DNA of 64,000 nt, taken from the NCBI RefSeq assembly GCF_006345805.1, contig NC_043005.1, positions 105,710,001-105,774,000 on the forward strand, given 5' to 3'. The stretch comes from Octopus sinensis (lineage: Eukaryota). Within the stretch, counting starts at the first letter, position 1. The number at the start of each line of letters is the position of its first letter. The translations under genes and the position numbers were made by a program. Below the pieces are notes generated by a model. That model ran no database searches and was not told the DNA's origin. It saw nothing but the letters and a program-made list of their open reading frames with translations. Positions 1-12,770 of the stretch are shown one piece after another.

Positions 1-596
1 TATGTATGTATGTATGTAAAATGACGTATTTCGAAGAAGTTTTGTGAAAATTCACCTGCTGAACCGTGATAAATTGAACGGCAGATGAAGTAATCTTTAA
101 TTGAGGAAGAGAAGTGAGCCTTCTGTTTGCCGAATTTATGATAAGTGGATGAAATTCGATGTACAAGATAAAAGTCTGGAAGATTTTGTTCGACTTAAAG
201 AAGTGCAATGGCGATATGGTATCAAAATATTCGTTAATCTTGTACTTTCTTAATGTTGGTGCCTGTGTAGAGGTGTAGACGACTGGAAGGTCCTTATCTG
301 ACGTAAAACAACATCAGCTTCACACACAATGACACGCACATACGTATATACGTGTAATAGAAGTGCAGAGATATTTGTGTACATGTATCAGTGTGTATGA
401 ATATGCAGTCGTACGTATTTGTGTATGTGTGTGCATGAGTGTGTATGTGTGTGTGTAATGCGAAATAGTCGTGACTGGCTGCGGATTGCTTCGTGTGATT
501 ATGTATTAATTACATAATACATTTATCAGACCATTTTGGAGCTAACAAACAAAGAATCTTCCTTCTTCGTGAAAGACGGTAGAACACTTCCGTTCA

Positions 597-629
597 TATA
601 TGTGTGTGTGCGTGTGCGCGCGTGTGTGC

Positions 630-664
<35 letters not shown>
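597..664. repeat. (TG)n microsatellite
   Basis: Direct TG dinucleotide run; explains the TH/CV-repeat ORFs at 526-909 and 604-840. Confidence 0.95.
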
Positions 665-669
<5 letters not shown>

Positions 670-964
670 CGAATGAGCATACATGCCTACACTTATATAT
701 GGATGAAGACAAATTTCAATACAAATAACCTTTTCAGGATTCAATCTCGGATGTATGTGTCTGTGATCAGGGGCAGCACTATCTCGAAGATGGAAGCAGT
801 TTTGTATTGTAGTGGACACCTGGTCTTTGTAGAGAGTTAATAATAGTTGCTGGAAAGTGAAGTATTTCGTATCACTTGAAGAGGAAAGCCAGTTTTTGAG
901 ATGCAGCATTAATTATATTGATGTTGCGCAGTCTCTAGGACAGTTCTTCCGTGATATTCTTGTC

Positions 965-1142
965 TACGATGGGCGCAAGGCCTGAAATTTTGGTGGAAGG
1001 TGCTAGTTAATTACATCGATCGCACTGCTTGACTGGTATTTATTTTAACGACCCCGAAGGGATGAAAAGGCAAAGTCGACCGCGGTAGAATTTGCCGCTA
1101 AGCATTTTGTACGGCGTTCTAACGATTCTGCTTTCTCACCGC
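965..1142 (-). mobile_element. Degenerate tRNA-derived SINE, family A
   Basis: Reverse complement of the family A body (gcagaatcgttag...gtcgactttgcctttcatcc...tcg), diverged, with the caggccttg-type tail. Confidence 0.75.
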
Positions 1143-1174
1143 TTTGGATCTTCAATGATATGAACGGCCTTTAG

Positions 1175-1365
1175 ACTTCTTTCCAGTTACGAACTTTTCC
1201 TGTGGGATGTTGTACGATTTGTGGGTAGTGACCGTCAGTTGATGCCGTTCAAAGGGACAAAATTGACCAGTTTTCACTGGTGAGTAGGTCATCCCTGTAT
1301 ATCTGCTCTTCTGAAAGCCGTAGTGATGGTCATTAAGGAGAGCGAGAGATATCCAAAGTGATAGA
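1175..1365 (-). mobile_element. Possible LINE reverse-transcriptase fragment
   Basis: Minus strand reads LNDHHYGFQKSRYTG then D-L-L after a frameshift, resembling the HQYGFRxxRSTGDLL RT motif; short and decayed. Confidence 0.35.
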
Positions 1366-1469
1366 GAAGATTGTTAATGACTGGGATGTCACCGCATAAA
1401 TACACCCATCCAACCACATATATAAATCAATCAACCAACAGGGAGGAAAAGAGGGTCAGGGAGAAAGAC

Positions 1470-1600
1470 TACTGGCTTATCTTTCGTCTTATTTCAGTCA
1501 TTCGACTTCAGCCATGCTGGAGCACCGCCTTCAAGGGCTTAGTACAACTAATCGACTCTAGTACTTATTATTTTATATGTGGTATTTGTTCTGTTGGTTT
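1470..1600 (-). mobile_element. SINE family B 3' tail fragment
   Basis: tttcagtcattcgacttcagccatgctggagcaccgcct is the reverse complement of the family B tail. Confidence 0.7.
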
Positions 1601-1709
1601 CTTTTGCTGTGCCTGAAATAATCAGCCGCAGTGTGACGCGTGCAAAGAGATGAATAAATTGTAGAGAGGGTAGCAACGATGAAAAAAAAAAAAAAGAATG
1701 CTGGTACTA

Positions 1710-1832
1710 CTATCTTACTACTACTACTACCACGACCACCACCGCCGCCGACGCCGCCACTGCTTCCGCTGTCACCGCTGCTGCTGCTGCTGCTGCTGCC
1801 GCTGCCACTACTACTACTACTACTACTACTAC
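1710..1832. repeat. Compound trinucleotide microsatellite (CTA/CCA/CCG/CTG)
   Basis: Adjacent trinucleotide runs; source of the poly-S/G/L/Y ORFs. Confidence 0.9.
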
Positions 1833-2611
1833 AGAAAACATACAAACTACACTGTGAACAAGGAATCTCTAAGTAGTCCTTCAGTCTGTTAGAAATGGCA
1901 GCCAAAATCTTCGACGCACCTCTTCAAATATTTCTAAAACACAACCCTCCTGCAACACACAGCACAACACAATTCCTTTTCAACTAACAACATCGAATCT
2001 CCAACACCCAACACGTTTACACACACACACACACACACATACACACACAGAGAAGACTCAACCATTTTAGTTTCTCAAACAAACCCTGTTGTTCCTGACC
2101 CCTTTTTCAACGTACATAGCTGACCTCCTGACCTATTTTCCACATATAAGTATAACATCATTGCTTGACAACACAGTTTGTTGACAAGAACGTCATTTAC
2201 ACATTCGGGCACCGAACACAATGGACAGCTAGAAGCGGTTACTATACACAGCCACACCTGCCGTACACACTGTTCACGACTCAAGCACAAATTAATATTT
2301 GAAAGCTCAATATAACCAAACCAGTATACTCCCTAACCTTTTTTTTTTTATCCCCTGCCCACTTTATAAACATAGAAAAACACCCCACAATTCTAGGAAC
2401 GGCACATATGTACCCTAATAAAAAAAATGATACCAATTATCCTTTTTATCCTTCTTATATGTAATGGAACAAAGTCGAGTAAAAACATTTTAAAATCTTT
2501 AACATTCACCACTTAAACGCACATATTTTAAACATTTATCATCACGCAGTTTTCGACAAAAATACACACACACACACACACACACACATACATACATACA
2601 TACATATATTT

Positions 2612-3026
2612 GTTTTTATTACCCACAAGGGGCTAAACACCGCGGGAGACAAACAAAGACAGACAAAAGGATTAAGTCGATTACATCGACCCCAGTGCGT
2701 AACTAGTACTTAATTTATCGACCCGGAAAGGATGGAATGCAAAGTCGACCTCGGCGGAATTTGAACTCAGAACGTAACGGCAGGCGAAATACCTATTTCT
2801 TTACTACCCACAAGGGGCTAAACATAGAGGGGACAAACAAGGACAGACAAACGGATTAAGTCGATTACATCGACCCCAGTGCGTAACTGGTACTTAATTT
2901 ATCGTCCCCGAAAGGATGGAATGCAAAGTCGACCTCGGCGGAATTTGAACTCAGAACGTATCGGCAGACGAAATACCGCTAAGCATTTCCCCTGGCGTGC
3001 TAACGATTCTGCCAGCTCGCCGCCTC
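2612..3026 (-). mobile_element. SINE family A, one full unit plus one headless tandem unit
   Basis: Minus strand: A box TGGCAGAATCG, B box GAGTTCAAATTCC, body, tail, then a second body joined at AAAGAAATAGGTATTTC. Confidence 0.9.
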
Positions 3027-3159
3027 TATACATGCATACATATATACATACATGCATACGTATACACAAATATATTTGAATTAAAGCAGAACTGTACACT
3101 ACCACATTCCTCCGGTGGTTATACGATGACCACCAACGTAAAGTGCATTCGATGGTACC

Positions 3160-3345
3160 TCTTTCCATCGTATGACCTGCTAGAATTGGCAGTGAAATCT
3201 CCTCTCAAGCCACAAGCTGTAAATCTTAAAAATAAACGAAGGCCACACTAGATAATGTGACCGTGGATGCAATACATTTGGAAAATAATAGGGAATGGCC
3301 ACAGCTGGAACGCTGCTGATCGTAGATTTGCTCGATCAGAGTTGA
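3160..3345 (-). mobile_element. Dispersed repeat family E (SINE-like or LINE 3' end)
   Basis: Shares cagccctgatcgagcagacctatgatcaaag...gatttgactgctatttctagcag-like blocks with 19335-19520, 51635-51815 and 52860-53050. Confidence 0.6.
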
Positions 3346-3791
3346 CCACCATCACCACCACGAACAACAACAACAACAACAACATTACAATGGAAACCTA
3401 CAAGAATGCTCGATAAAATTTATGCCAAATTTAAACTACATTCGGGGCTAAAATATGACGAATAATATCGAAGAATATAAGATTGCAATTTCAAGTTTTC
3501 TAAGCAGTTCGTCTTTTGATTGCTTTTACTTTATCGCCATGATGCCAGGTGAAGGCTGCTTTTGAGGTGGAGTTTTAAAAACAGCTCGAAACTATTTCGG
3601 AGAACAGTCGAGTAGGGAAAGTGAAAACTGAAAATTTTTTCATCTTATCGAAAAATTCTGGTCATTTTAATTTAAGAAAATCGGAGTCTCGGCTTCCTGA
3701 GACGGAAATAAAGTCTCTGCTTACCGAGAAATTCGCGACACAATGCCGAAGTCTCATCTTATTAAAAGATTCTTGTAATTCTAAAACAGAC

Positions 3792-4146
3792 GCAGGAGTG
3801 GCCGTGTGGTAGTAGCTTGCTTACCAACCACATGATTCCGGGTTCAGTCCCACTGCGTGGCACCTTCGGCCAGTGTCTTCTACTATAGCCTCGGACCGAC
3901 CAAAGCCTTGTAAGTGGATTTGGTAGGCGGAAACTGAAAGAAGCCCGTCGTATATATATATATGTGTGTGTGTATATGTTTGTGTGTCTGTGTTTGTCCC
4001 CCTGTACAACCGATGGTGGTCTGTTTACGTCGGCAAAAGAAATCGATAGAATAAGTACTAGGCTTACAAAGAATAAGTCCTAGGGTCGATTTGCTCTACT
4101 AAAGGCGGTGCTCCAGCATGGCTGCAGTCAAGTAAAAGAGTAAAAC
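3792..4146 (+). mobile_element. tRNA-derived SINE, family B (near full length)
   Basis: A box TGGCCGTGTGG, B box GGTTCAGTCCC, internal (TA)/(TG) tract, tail ggcggtgctccagcatggctgcagtc...gtaaaagagtaaaa. Confidence 0.9.
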
Positions 4147-5562
4147 AGAAACTCAAAGATCCAGCACACTGACAAATTCTCGAATTCCCGATAAACTCTG
4201 ACTATTCTATGACAAAGTTTAAAATAACTTTATTTCTTTATGTGACATTGAAATAGAATTTATCTTCATGGAAATATTATTATTCAGCGAGTAAGGGTTA
4301 CATACCAGATTCAACACTACATTATTTATATTGGTGGTACAATTATTATTGCAGTATTTAAACAAATTTACCTATGATCATCAAGATTTTCGATAAACGT
4401 CCTTGTTAAAAAAGACTGAGTCTGAGTTTTCTTGAGCTACAGCTCTTACAATAAAATCTGTTAATTTCAACCAGGTTTAGGGAAATAAACACAACTTTTT
4501 AGGCTTCAATATACAAATTTCAGTGAAAAAGGTAGAAGTTAACAGTTTTAACCGATCAATAATACCATGGAGCTGATGACAAGGAAAGTTCTACGAAAGA
4601 AACCAACTTAAAAAATTTTGGCAGTCGGAATATTTTTTTGCAAGAATATTCAATATTCCATGCTGCATCTGCAATATCAATGTTGTTGTAACCATTCCGG
4701 TTACTTAATTGGTTGCGTGATGAAATCTGTCTCTTTGACAGAAAATCTAGGGAAACGTCAATGAAATGTTATCGATATTTCTCTCATATCAAAAGATAGC
4801 ATTATAGAACAACAGTGTTAAAGACTGTGCTTACAGCTTTTGAATGGCACTTGGTGTTACTCATAAATTAACCAATAAAGAATAATATTACAAACGAAAG
4901 CGCGAAATACATGTTGTCGTTGATTAAGAAAATAACATCAGGCGAGTTGGAAATGAGCTATAAAATAAAATTAAAAGCTTAAACTAAAATAATGATTCGT
5001 GTTTTATGTCATCTGCTGTAAGCCAGAAGTTTTGGCGCCGCATACACTTCACAGACTGAGTAGTTTTGAGAACTGAACGCCATATAGTCATTTAGTTAAT
5101 TATTATATAATTGTAGAACATATAGGTTAATTAATCATAAATATATATATACTACATACCTAACAGTATACAAGAATATTTATATAATAGACTCTTTTAT
5201 TCTTATACTGGCCTTAATATTTGAATTGCGGTCATGCTGAGAAGGGGCAGCTCCTTTAAGAAATTTCGTCAATTATTTCGACTACAGTACTTCATTTCGT
5301 ACATATTTTTATCGATTTCGTGAAGGACGAAAGCTAAGTCCATCTTGGGGTATTCTCAGGTTAAATACCACAAGGTATTCATCACAAATTTTTTGACCGG
5401 ACAAATATATTTCGTACGCCTATTTCATACGCAAAAGAGAGATTAATATGATTCTGTAAGTGTCCACAGAATGGAAATAAATGGTTAATCTAAACTTAGA
5501 ATATTTCGATTAATGAACAATCTCATCTGTGAAATGACATAACATTTCCTTCTTTCTAATTT

Positions 5563-5762
5563 TGGCACGAAACCAGAAATTTTGAGGAAAGGGACAAGTC
5601 AATTACATTGCCCCCAGTACTCAGCTGGTACTTATTTTATCGGCCCCAAAAGAATGAAAAGCAAAATCGACCTCAGCAGAATTTGCATTCAGAATGTAAA
5701 GACGGAAGTAATATCGCCAAGTATTTTGCCCAGCATGTTAACGATTCTGCTAGCTCGCCTTC
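5563..5762 (-). mobile_element. SINE family A (older, diverged)
   Basis: Reverse complement of the family A head and body with many CpG-type changes. Confidence 0.8.
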
Positions 5763-6065
5763 CTAAAATGACAAAGCTTTGATGACAAAACATTTCAATA
5801 TTCAGGGGACTTTCATTGGCTGGAACATTCCATTTTATCAAAACACCCATTAAATTATTTGGAAATCAAATCTCGTGTGATTTTTCTTCAGAGTTTACCC
5901 AAGCTACACATATCAACATACCAGCGTATATTTAACAATATGGCTGACTTTAACAATCATGTTTATTTCATAGAAACAAAAGAGGATCCCCAACGTTATT
6001 TCTATGGAATTGTTAATTTAGTCGAAACCTTCCAAGATTTGAGGAATCAGTAATATATCTTTCAG

Positions 6066-6160
<95 letters not shown>
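6066..6160. repeat. (TCTA)n microsatellite
   Basis: Direct tetranucleotide run. Confidence 0.95.
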
Positions 6161-7395
6161 CTGTGTGTGTATGTGTGTATGTGAATGTATAAAGTAGTAT
6201 GACCTCCCAAAAAATTTAATGATTTAAATTATTACAAGGGTTCAAGTAAATGTTTTTTTGTGTGTTTAACATAATTCTCTTATGAATATTATCCTGTAGT
6301 GATGTTCCTACTGAGTTTTGAACGATCGCTCTCAGATTTTCCTTGCCCCGGACCACGACACATCGTATCACCATGAAAAGCAATGTGTCACCATCAATGG
6401 CATTAACGCCTCCGCGAATATGGCTCGACTGATTAGCTCTGGCTGATTTATTATAGTCGATGCAGCAAACTTCAAAAGAAGCAGCCGAGTTTTCCCTCCA
6501 AATAGCTTGATCGAAGGTTCTGGGAAATTTGGCTTACAGTTGTAAAAATATGGCGAAGTTAACCTCAAACTAGATAACCATGCTCCTCAGAATTCGTCAC
6601 TTTGCACAGTGAGTTGATCTGTCGCTCCTTTTCCCCTTGTCTTACTTGACAATCTCTTGTCGCTTTCGACAAAAGATATTAACTGAGTTGTTGCATCGAA
6701 TCACCCACACATTGCTTATACAGAGTAGTTTAAATCTATCTCCTTATTTGGTATTTTATAACTAACAGCTACTTTCATAATATCAAGCATGCTGCATTTC
6801 AAGAGATTCCTAGCTATTATGTTTGTTGTTTCATGAACGTTCTTCTATTAAATTATTTATAAGAACAGATGTGAATATAAACAACACGGATTATAAATAA
6901 TATATAAATATATTAGAACTCAAATACGTATCAGTGCGGTCATTCTTTTCTTCACACGCAGCCTACTTAATATTGTAAACTATCAATGAAGAATTAATTA
7001 ATGTACGTAGCTTCTCCTATGTGTAACATTGCAGGATCTACTTCTTTTTATCTGCTCTATTGAAGCCCTGATTTTCTATAACTGGTTCAGGGATCAATAT
7101 TCCTCTCCATGTCATCACGTACTGCTGGGTTTGCACACAGCCTGTTATTTGGTACTAATTATTAGTAAGATCTCTCAAGGATCCATCTCTGAGTACAGCA
7201 TCTTGCCGGGTGACGGCAGTGTAGACGTTTCCTTATTTATAACAGGTTATATAACATCTGGAACGCGTTGTGTTATTGATCATTTTCCGTTCCAACCAAA
7301 CTAGAGGCTGCCGCTAGTTGACAGTCTGTACACCAATCATACACTGCACAACAAATATTACCAAATCTAGGACTAACAATTATTCCTCATTACAT

Positions 7396-7607
7396 TACTC
7401 TTTTACTCTTTTACTTGTTTTAGTCATTTGACTGCGGCCATGCTGGAGCACCACATTTAGTCGAGCAAATCGACCCCGGGACTTATTCTTTGTAAGCCCA
7501 GTACTTATTCTATCGGTCTCTTTTTGCCGAACCGCTAAGTGACGGGGACGTAAACACACCAGCATCGGTTGTCAAGCAATGCTAGGAGGACAAACACAGA
7601 CACACAA

Positions 7608-7642
<35 letters not shown>

Positions 7643-7800
7643 CATATATACGACAGGCTTCTTTCAGTTTCCGTCTACCAAATCCACTCACAAGGCATTG
7701 GTCGGCCCGGGGCTATAGCAGAAGACACTTGCCCAAGATGCCACGCAGTGGGACTGAACCATGTGGATGGTTAGCAAGCAACTTACCACACAGCCACTCC
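7396..7800 (-). mobile_element. SINE family B (full length)
   Basis: Complete reverse complement from the (TTTTAC) tail to the head ending cagccactcc. Confidence 0.92.
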
Positions 7801-7893
7801 ATGAAATAAAATAGTATAAATACTCCAAATATTGAGTTCTGTTCCTTCAGTTTATGTAACACATCATATGTACATGTGTGTGTGTGTGTGTGT

Positions 7894-8186
7894 GGAGGCG
7901 CAATGGCCCAGTGGTTAGGACAGCAGATTCGCCGTTGTAGGATCGCGGTTTCGATTCCCAGACCGGGCGTTGTGAGTGTTTATTGAGCGAAAACACCTAA
8001 AGCTTCACGAGGCTCCAGTAGGGGATGGTGGCGATCCCTGCTGTACTCTTTCTCCACAACTTTCTCTCACTCTTTCTTCTGTTGGCCTGCTCGCTTAGCC
8101 AGCGGGGTGGCTAAAACAATGCGAAACGCATTGTGACCAGCGATGTGAAACAACATCTGATAGCCTGGCCGGTCACGGTGATCACT
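7894..8186 (+). mobile_element. tRNA-derived SINE, OR-like head with tail type Y
   Basis: GGAGGCGCAATGGCCCAGTGGTTAGG A-box head and GGTTTCGATTCCC B box; first ~170 bp match the 35194-35581 element, but the 3' tail differs (ggcctgctcgcttagccagc...ggtcacggtgatcac). Confidence 0.88.
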
Positions 8187-8187
8187 A

Positions 8188-8267
<80 letters not shown>

Positions 8268-8276
8268 GTATATATG

Positions 8277-8300
<24 letters not shown>

Positions 8301-8307
<7 letters not shown>

Positions 8308-8696
8308 GTTTCAGTCATTTGACTGCGGCCATGCTGGAGCACCGCCTTTAGTCGAGCAAATCGACCCCGGGACTTATCTTTGTAAACCCAGTACTTATTC
8401 TATCGGTCTCTTTTGCCGAACCGCTAAGTGACGGGGACGTAAACACACCAGCATCGGTTGTCAAGCAATGCTAGGGGGACAAACACAGACACACAAACAC
8501 CCACACACACACACACATATATATTATACATATATACGACAGGCTTCTTTCATTTCCGTCTACCAAATCCACTCACAAGGCATTGGTCGGCCCGGGGCTA
8601 TAGCAGAAACACTTGCCCAAGATGCCACGCAGTGGGACTGAACCCGGAACCATGTGGTTGGTTAGCAAGCTACTTACCACACAGCCACTCCTGCGC
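8301..8696 (-). mobile_element. SINE family B (full length)
   Basis: Very similar to 7396-7800. Confidence 0.92.
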
Positions 8697-8717
8697 CTGG
8701 AGTATGTATGTGTCTTT

Positions 8718-9097
8718 TATCTTTTATCTTTTACTTGCTCCAGTCATTAGACTGCGTCCATGTTGGGACAACGCCTTGAAGAATTTTAGTCGAAAAAATC
8801 GACCCCAGTACTTATTTTTAAAAGCCTGTTACTTATTCTGTCGGTCTATTTGGTCGAACTACAAAATTACGGGGACGTAAACACACCAACACCGGTTGTC
8901 AGATAGTGGTGGAAGACAAACGCAAGCACAAAGACGCACACAGGTTTCGTCTACCAAATCCACTCAGAAGGCTTTGGTCTGACCGAGACTCTAGTGGAAA
9001 ACACTTACCCTCAGAGCCACGCAGTAGGACAGTACCCGGAACTAACCGGAACTAAATGGTCGGCAACCAAAATTCTTACCACACAACCGTCCTGCGC
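8718..9097 (-). mobile_element. SINE family B (diverged)
   Basis: Same blocks as neighbours with more substitutions. Confidence 0.8.
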
Positions 9098-9504
9098 CTA
9101 CATGCGCGCGCACGCGTACACACACGTATATATATAGAGAAAGAGAAAGATATATATATATATAATATATATATATATATTGGAAGGTTTGGAAATGATG
9201 TACAGGTATTTTATGTTAGAAGAAATGAGGTACTCAGAAAATCGGATGGTTTTAAATTTACAGATATTTATTTGTATATTACATGTTTTTATAGATCATA
9301 TAACTTAGATCATGTATTAGCATTTTCTCCCATTCTAGTGGGGTTTTCAAATCAAACTAAGTTCCTGTGTGAAAAGTTTTGACCATTTTATAGTGTTTTT
9401 GAGTTTGTAGTGGTGGGGAGGAATATAAGACAGTACAAGAGGGTGATGGATGAGGAGAAAGTGAGAGAGAGAGCATGTGTGTGTGTGTGTGTAGATAGAT
9501 AGAT

Positions 9505-9723
9505 AATTCTTTTATTTGTTTCAGTCATTTGACTGCAGCTATGCTGGAGCACCGCCTTTAGTCGAAGAAATCGATCCGAGGACTTATTCTTTGTAAGCCT
9601 AGTAATTATTCTATCGGTCTCTTAGGCCGAACCGGTAAGTTACGGGGACGTAACCACATCAACATCGGTTGTTAAGCGATGGTAGGGGGCACAAACGTAG
9701 ACAAACAAACATATACATATAAA

Positions 9724-9754
<31 letters not shown>

Positions 9755-9870
9755 GACGGACTTCTTTCAGTTTCTGTTTACCAAATTTACTCACAAGGCT
9801 TTGGTGGGCCCGAAGTTATAGTAGAAGATACTTGCCCAAGGTATCATGCAGTGGGAATGAACCAAGCAAG
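9505..9870 (-). mobile_element. SINE family B (head truncated)
   Basis: Tail and body are intact; the sequence breaks off near the B box. Confidence 0.85.
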
Positions 9871-10742
9871 CTGTATATATACATACTTAGTTTTAAAACT
9901 TGAATTTCTTCTGTGTGTGTGTGTGCTTGCGTGGGCATGTGTGTGTATACGCACGTATGTAGGTGTGTGTATATAGTTTTATATATGTACACCTACACGC
10001 AAAACAAACAACAATGCCCTTTACACTTCCGATTCCCAATTTAAAAATTGTTTATCCCATCCTTCCAAACAACTAACCACATCCCATGCCCTCACCTACC
10101 TACCCACCCATGGCCATCCCTGACTGAGCTAATTCATTCCGATACTTAACCGTCCTTCTCCACATCCTCCACCCCTCACGCCATCTGCTTTACCCTCTCC
10201 TAATTACATCTCCTTTTAAATAATTATATGTAGCTGCCCTTCCCCCCCTTTTCTCTTTGTAGCCCAGCAATTTCTCTGACGTTGTTAAGGGCTCTGTGTA
10301 CTGTGTCACATATTTAACTCTTAATATATATTTTTTATTTGTCTTCTTGCTTGTTTACATTATATTTGTCTTTTGAACATTATCACAAAGTGCTAATCGC
10401 CCCTCAAAAGCATGTAAAATAGCCGTCGATAGTTTTTAAAATACCATTCTTTAATGAGCCCTCCTCATCTCCTCTTTCTTTTTCCATTCTCTCGTTTGAA
10501 CAAAGAGAAAGGTTGGTCTGTTCGGGAACCTGTTATACAAGTCAAATGAAAATTGGCTAGCAATTACAAACCTTGAATTTCATTTAATTTAGAGAGCAAT
10601 TCTTGCATCCAAATTGGTCTTAATTTGATGGAATTTCGAGATGACTTTTTTCTGCACTTTGGCTATTTGCTAAATCTGACTAACAAAGTTTATTAAAATA
10701 CCAACTGATTATTATCTGAGGGAGTGGGTTTAAATATATCTT

Positions 10743-10787
10743 TATGTATATATATGTATGTATATATATATATATATATTATATATA

Positions 10788-10831
<44 letters not shown>

Positions 10832-11228
10832 ATACATATATATACACCCACACATATATTGATATATATTTGTATGTATGTATAAACGTGTGTGTGTGTG
10901 TATATATATTATATATATATATATACACACATACATACATATATGTATATATATATATATTACATACATAAACGCACGCATGTATGACTTATACATACAC
11001 ACAAGCTCAACAATAGTAGCAATACCAGAACAATCAAAAGAACAAATATTAAGTATAAGAGCAAGTACTCCATGAAAATGTGGAATGTGACACACAAAAC
11101 TCATACACACACACAAACACACACCAACACACATACATACGCACTCACCGCGAATACTCGCGTCTCTCTCTCTCTATATATATATATATGTATGTATATA
11201 TATATGTATATATAAATTATATATATAT

Positions 11229-11277
<49 letters not shown>

Positions 11278-11500
11278 GTATATATATACATATATATATA
11301 TATATGTATATATATATGTATATATAACTATATATATTTATATATACATATATATACACACGTATATATGCATACATATGTATTTATATACACATATACA
11401 TATATATATACATATACGCATATATACACACTCATATATATGTCTGTATACATGTATAGGTATAGATATAAGATGTATTTATGTATATATATATATATAT
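10743..11500. repeat. TA/TG-rich compound microsatellite region
   Basis: Degenerate (TA)n with TG/CA tracts; source of the YI-repeat ORFs. Confidence 0.9.
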
Positions 11501-11682
11501 ATACTAAGCAATAAGGGTTTAGCAACGAGTTGCCTTACCACATACCGAATTTAGAAATAGCAGTCAAAGGTTATAGCTATTTCTTCTACTAAAAAGGGAG
11601 ATCTCAGTAAAAACAGCATTTGGAAGGCACAACAGGTAGAGAGAATGAATTGACTGCAATCTATCATACATTTTTTTAGTTA

Positions 11683-11793
11683 TCCACGACGTACGTTTCG
11701 AAATCAAGTTTTAAGGAAGCATACGAATTAAATATTAAATATTAAATAATAAATAATTCTATCTTACCGAACTTCTTTTCTCTTCAGCGTAGA
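11683..11793 (-). ncRNA. Candidate minimal type I hammerhead ribozyme (copy 1)
   Basis: Minus strand: TCTACG-CTGAAGA-GAAAAGAAGTT...AACTTGATTTC-GAAAC-GTA^CGTCGTGGA. The core is canonical, stem II pairs with a 2x2 internal loop, stem III is the palindrome ACGT and stem I is bulged. Folded by eye. Confidence 0.65.
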
Positions 11794-12278
11794 ATACTAT
11801 AATCATAAATGATTATATATTGAATTTTGAGATACCAGAAGGCCACCACTCCACTCAGTATCAGAGCGAGCTAGAACCCGCAACTGGTATCACTGAATTC
11901 AATTTGTGAATGAAACGATTGTGTCAACAGCCCCTTCCCACCCGCGTGTAGCCAAAACAAGATGCTGTGGTCATCTACTGAGATAAAATATGGTTATCCG
12001 TAATAATGAAGGGTGAAATTAATTAATTTGGAAAAATTATCAATTACACCAAGTAGTCTTCGGCATGTAAAAGCCTCATTCGAGAAAATTTAGTAATACT
12101 AAGCAATAAGGGTTTAGCAACGAGTTGCCTTACCACATACCGAATTTAGAAATAGCAGTCAAAGGTTATAGCTATTTCTTCTACTAAAAAGGGAGATCTC
12201 AGTAAAAACAGCATTTGGAAGGCAAAACAGGTAAGAGAGAATGAATTGACTGCAATCTATCATACATTTTTTTAGTTA

Positions 12279-12392
12279 TCCACGGACGTACGTTTCGAAA
12301 TCAAGTTTTAAGGAAAGCATACGAATTAAATATTAAATATTAAATAATAAATAATTCTATCTTACCGAAACTTCTTTTCTCTTCAGCGTAGA
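12279..12392 (-). ncRNA. Candidate minimal type I hammerhead ribozyme (copy 2)
   Basis: Same motif in the second repeat copy (tcttcag at 12380-12386, gtttc at 12292-12296). Confidence 0.65.
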
Positions 12393-12654
12393 ATACTATA
12401 ATCATAAATGATTATATATTGAATTTTGAGATACCAGAAGGCACCAACTCCACTCAGTATCAGAGCGAGCTAGAACCCGCAACTGGTATCACTGAATTCA
12501 ATTTGTGAATGAAACGATTGTGTCAACAGCCCCTTCCCACCCGCGTGTAGCCAAAACAAGATGCTGTGGTCATCTACTGAGATAAAATATGGTTATCCGT
12601 AATAATGAAGGGTGAAATTAATATATATATATATATATATATAATATACTGTTC

Positions 12655-12770
12655 AAAGGTGCAGAAAACAGGAGACAGAGACAGGTAAGGAGGGGAAAAC
12701 AAGCAGGTGTATTAGTTTGACGCTTGAGAAAATGGAAAAGTCTTTGACGTTTCGAGCCTACACTCTTCGA
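12655..12770 (-). mobile_element. Short repeat family H with truncated variant hammerhead-like motif
   Basis: Minus strand GAAGAGTGTAGGCTCGAAACGTCAAAGAC; shares flanks with 13260-13415 and 20125-20260. Confidence 0.65.

Larger units (their letters stand above)
11501..12622 (-). repeat. ~595-bp direct tandem duplication (1.9 copies), hammerhead-bearing; Penelope pLTR or retrozyme-like
   Basis: atactaagcaataagggttt starts at 11501 and again at 12096; the second copy runs to ~12622, and each copy holds a minus-strand hammerhead motif. Confidence 0.9.

Noticed and set aside
60-250. Possible Tx1/L1 ORF2 C-terminal remnant
   Set aside because: Only loose resemblance (LRKRSE...EF...KW) needing several frameshifts; not supportable without a profile search.
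3545-3592. Hammerhead-like string (caggtgaaggctg...cagctcgaaac)
   Set aside because: Two core mismatches, and no stem I or GUH triplet.
6225-6570. Open reading stretches in moderately GC-richer unique DNA
   Set aside because: No recognisable domain or consistent splice signals.
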